Source: a candidate division WOR-3 bacterium (GTDB taxonomy: Bacteria > Hydrothermota > Hydrothermia > LBFQ01 > DSFT01). From it: a DNA stretch of 28,559 nt. Shown here piece after piece: positions 26,548-28,559 of this stretch. The stretch is from the NCBI GenBank assembly GCA_965649115.1, contig CBFGJN010000020.1, positions 1 to 28,559 of the forward strand, given 5' to 3'. The first letter of the stretch is position 1, and each line of letters starts with the position of its first letter. The notes beneath the pieces are model-generated. The model saw only the letters and a program-made list of their open reading frames with translations. It was not told the origin of the DNA and ran no database searches. Both the position numbers and the translations under genes were made by a program.

Positions 26548-27265
26548 AATCAACATCTATAATTCTTTGACTATAAAGCTTGTAAAACTTATTGTTTAAA
26601 GAGTTGTAGAAAATTGTGAAATTCTTCTTAATTTCAATAGGAAATCCTATATATTCAGAGATTTTATATTTACTTCTATAAATAACTTTTGAATAACTAT
26701 TTTCGTTTGTAATTTTTACTAATTTTTCCAACTTATTTTCATATTTGAAAATAAAACTTTCTAGAAATTGTTCTGAAAAATGCTCAACAATCCATTTTGT
26801 AATTTTAAAAGTTATCTTGGCATCAAATAAAGCTCTATGTTTCTTAGTTATTTTAATGCCAATTTTTCTACCCATCTGATATAATGTTCTAACTTTAAAG
26901 AAGTCATTTAAATATGATAAATCTATTACGATAGGAAAGATTGGAAACTTATTTGCTCTAAAAAGTTCATAATTTATGAATGTTAAATCAAATTTTAGGC
27001 ATTTGTATCCAAAAACTAAACTTCCGTTTAATTTCTCTCTTATAAAATCTGATATTTCCTCAAATGTGGGAGCATCAACTAACATTTTTTCCGATATTTT
27101 ATGAACTTTATATGCATTTTCACTAATTTTAACTTTTGGATTTAAAAGTGTTGAAAATTCATTTATAATTTTCCAATCCTCAACTTCAATAATTCCAATT
27201 TCTAAAATTCTATCTTGTTTCGGATTTATTCCCGTTGTTTCAATATCAATAACAATTGTTTTCAT
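26540..27265 (-). CDS. DEDDh 3'-5' exonuclease (DnaQ-like) with a C-terminal WYL-like extension
   Basis: IDIETTG, ILEIG, VHKIS, APTFEEI, KFD, HRALFDA; extra ~65-aa C-terminal domain. Confidence 0.85.
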   Translation of the reverse strand: MKTIVIDIETTGINPKQDRILEIGIIEVEDWKIINEFSTLLNPKVKISENAYKVHKISEKMLVDAPTFEEISDFIREKLNGSLVFGYKCLKFDLTFINYELFRANKFPIFPIVIDLSYLNDFFKVRTLYQMGRKIGIKITKKHRALFDAKITFKITKWIVEHFSEQFLESFIFKYENKLEKLVKITNENSYSKVIYRSKYKISEYIGFPIEIKKNFTIFYNSLNNKFYKLYSQRIIDVDYD

Positions 27266-28386
27266 TATTTTAAAATTTCCCTTGCAATAATCAATCTTTG
27301 GATTTCACTTGTTCCTTCATATATTGTTAAAACCCTTGCATCTCTAAAATATCTTTGAATATCAAAGTCAGTTGAGTATCCAAGACTTCCAAAAATTTGA
27401 ATTGCTCTATCAACTACAAAATTTGCTGTTTCAGAAGCATATAATTTTGCTATGCTTGCTTCAAGCCTACAATTTTCTCCTTTATCCTTTAAGTAAGCTG
27501 CGTAGTAGGTTAGTAATCTACTTGCATTAATTCTTGTAATCATTTCACTTAAATAGTACTGTATCATTTGAAATTCACAAATTTTCTTACCAAATTGTTC
27601 TCTTTCTTTTGAATAATTTAAAGCAAGTTCATAAGCACCAATTGCTAACCCTACGCTTTGAGAAGCAATTCCTATTCTACCACTTGTTAATAATTTCATA
27701 GCAATTTTATAACCTTCACCCTCTTTACCAAGTATTTCATCCTCATAAGCAATATAATTATCAAGAATAATTTCAGAGCTATGAGCACCTTTCAGACCCA
27801 ATTTATTATGAATAATTCCAACTTTAAATCCTTCCCTTTTTGTATCAATTATAAAGCAAGTTATTGAATTTTTTGGATTTTGTTTATCTCCAACTGCATA
27901 AAGTAAAATATATCTTGCTTGTGGTCCATTAGTTATCCAAATTTTTCTTCCATTTATAATGAACTTATTGCCTTCTTTTTTGTAGCTCGTGTTAATGGCA
28001 AGTGCATTACTTCCTGCATGACTTTCAGTTAATGCATAAGCTCCAATCTCTTCACCACTTATAAGTTTTGGAAGGTATTTTAATTTTTGTTCTTCATTTC
28101 CAAATTCATATATTCCATTACAAACAAGTGTATTGTGAACAGAAATAATAACACCAATAGCTGGTGAAACTTTTGATATTTCTTCAATTATAATAGATGA
28201 AGTTATTGTATCTATATTGTTTGCGTATCCTCCTAACATACCTAATTCTCCAAGTTTTTTAATAATTTCGTAAGGAAAATAGTTTTCTTTTTCCATTTTA
28301 TTAACTATTGGTTTTATTTCTCTTTGAACAAATTCAGATATTGTTTTTCTAATAATTTTCTGCTCCTCTGAAAAATCAAAGTTCAT
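27265..28386 (-). CDS. Acyl-CoA dehydrogenase (short-chain type); start likely ATG 28386 (28392 is an alternative)
   Basis: ALTESHAGS, NGRKIWITNG, KLGLKG, GRIGIASQ, REQFGKKI, IYEGTSEIQR; TAAAAT lies 7 nt before ATG 28386 but only 1 nt before 28392. Confidence 0.95.
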   Translation of the reverse strand: MNFDFSEEQKIIRKTISEFVQREIKPIVNKMEKENYFPYEIIKKLGELGMLGGYANNIDTITSSIIIEEISKVSPAIGVIISVHNTLVCNGIYEFGNEEQKLKYLPKLISGEEIGAYALTESHAGSNALAINTSYKKEGNKFIINGRKIWITNGPQARYILLYAVGDKQNPKNSITCFIIDTKREGFKVGIIHNKLGLKGAHSSEIILDNYIAYEDEILGKEGEGYKIAMKLLTSGRIGIASQSVGLAIGAYELALNYSKEREQFGKKICEFQMIQYYLSEMITRINASRLLTYYAAYLKDKGENCRLEASIAKLYASETANFVVDRAIQIFGSLGYSTDFDIQRYFRDARVLTIYEGTSEIQRLIIAREILK

Positions 28387-28559
28387 AGCCATAATTTTAA
28401 GGCAAAATTATTATAGAGTTGTTCGGACAAAGAATGCTTTGTCCAATAAATAATGTCAAGGGGGGTTTAGGGGTTAAGAATTTAGGATTTAAAATTTTGG
28501 AATGGGGAAGGTAAATTGGCAAGAATATAACAAGGAATTGGTAAGGAGGGGTGAAATAT

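Noticed and set aside
1..28559. CRISPR array, prophage or tRNA-targeted island
   Set aside because: No regularly spaced repeat-spacer units, no cas, integrase or phage genes, and no duplicated tRNA 3' ends were seen.

Overview
Very AT-rich, gene-dense chromosomal window from a diderm, probably thermophilic bacterium. An FCB-associated lineage such as WOR-3/Hydrothermae is my inference from the PorV-like barrel, the T9SS-like C-terminal tail and TrmI, and is not verified. Most genes are housekeeping genes in mixed operons: core-MetE, mdh, truA, lysC, recJ-like, amidase, mtnP, split nuoC/nuoA/nuoB, rfaE2, comEA, holA, trmI, cutA, a DnaQ-like exonuclease and an acyl-CoA dehydrogenase. There are also tRNA-Asp(GTC), tRNA-Leu(TAG) and a type II R-M locus with an intact MTase and a triply inactivated TdeIII-family REase. 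Main observations: (1) nearly every transcription unit starts with a CTT-TAAAAT -10 box 6-13 nt before the start codon and no SD, implying leaderless expression; (2) both CCA-less tRNAs are followed after 1 and 5 nt by a CDS; (3) three envelope proteins have ultra-short 7-8 aa hydrophobic leaders ending before a Gln; (4) a secreted T9SS-like cargo gene is bracketed by a perfect 13-bp inverted repeat of its own SD and faces a divergent regulator with transposase-like HTHs, a helical core and a SARP-like winged helix; (5) a dispersed intergenic repeat family combines a hairpin with G3 tracts. All product calls come from motif recognition by eye. No searches were run.
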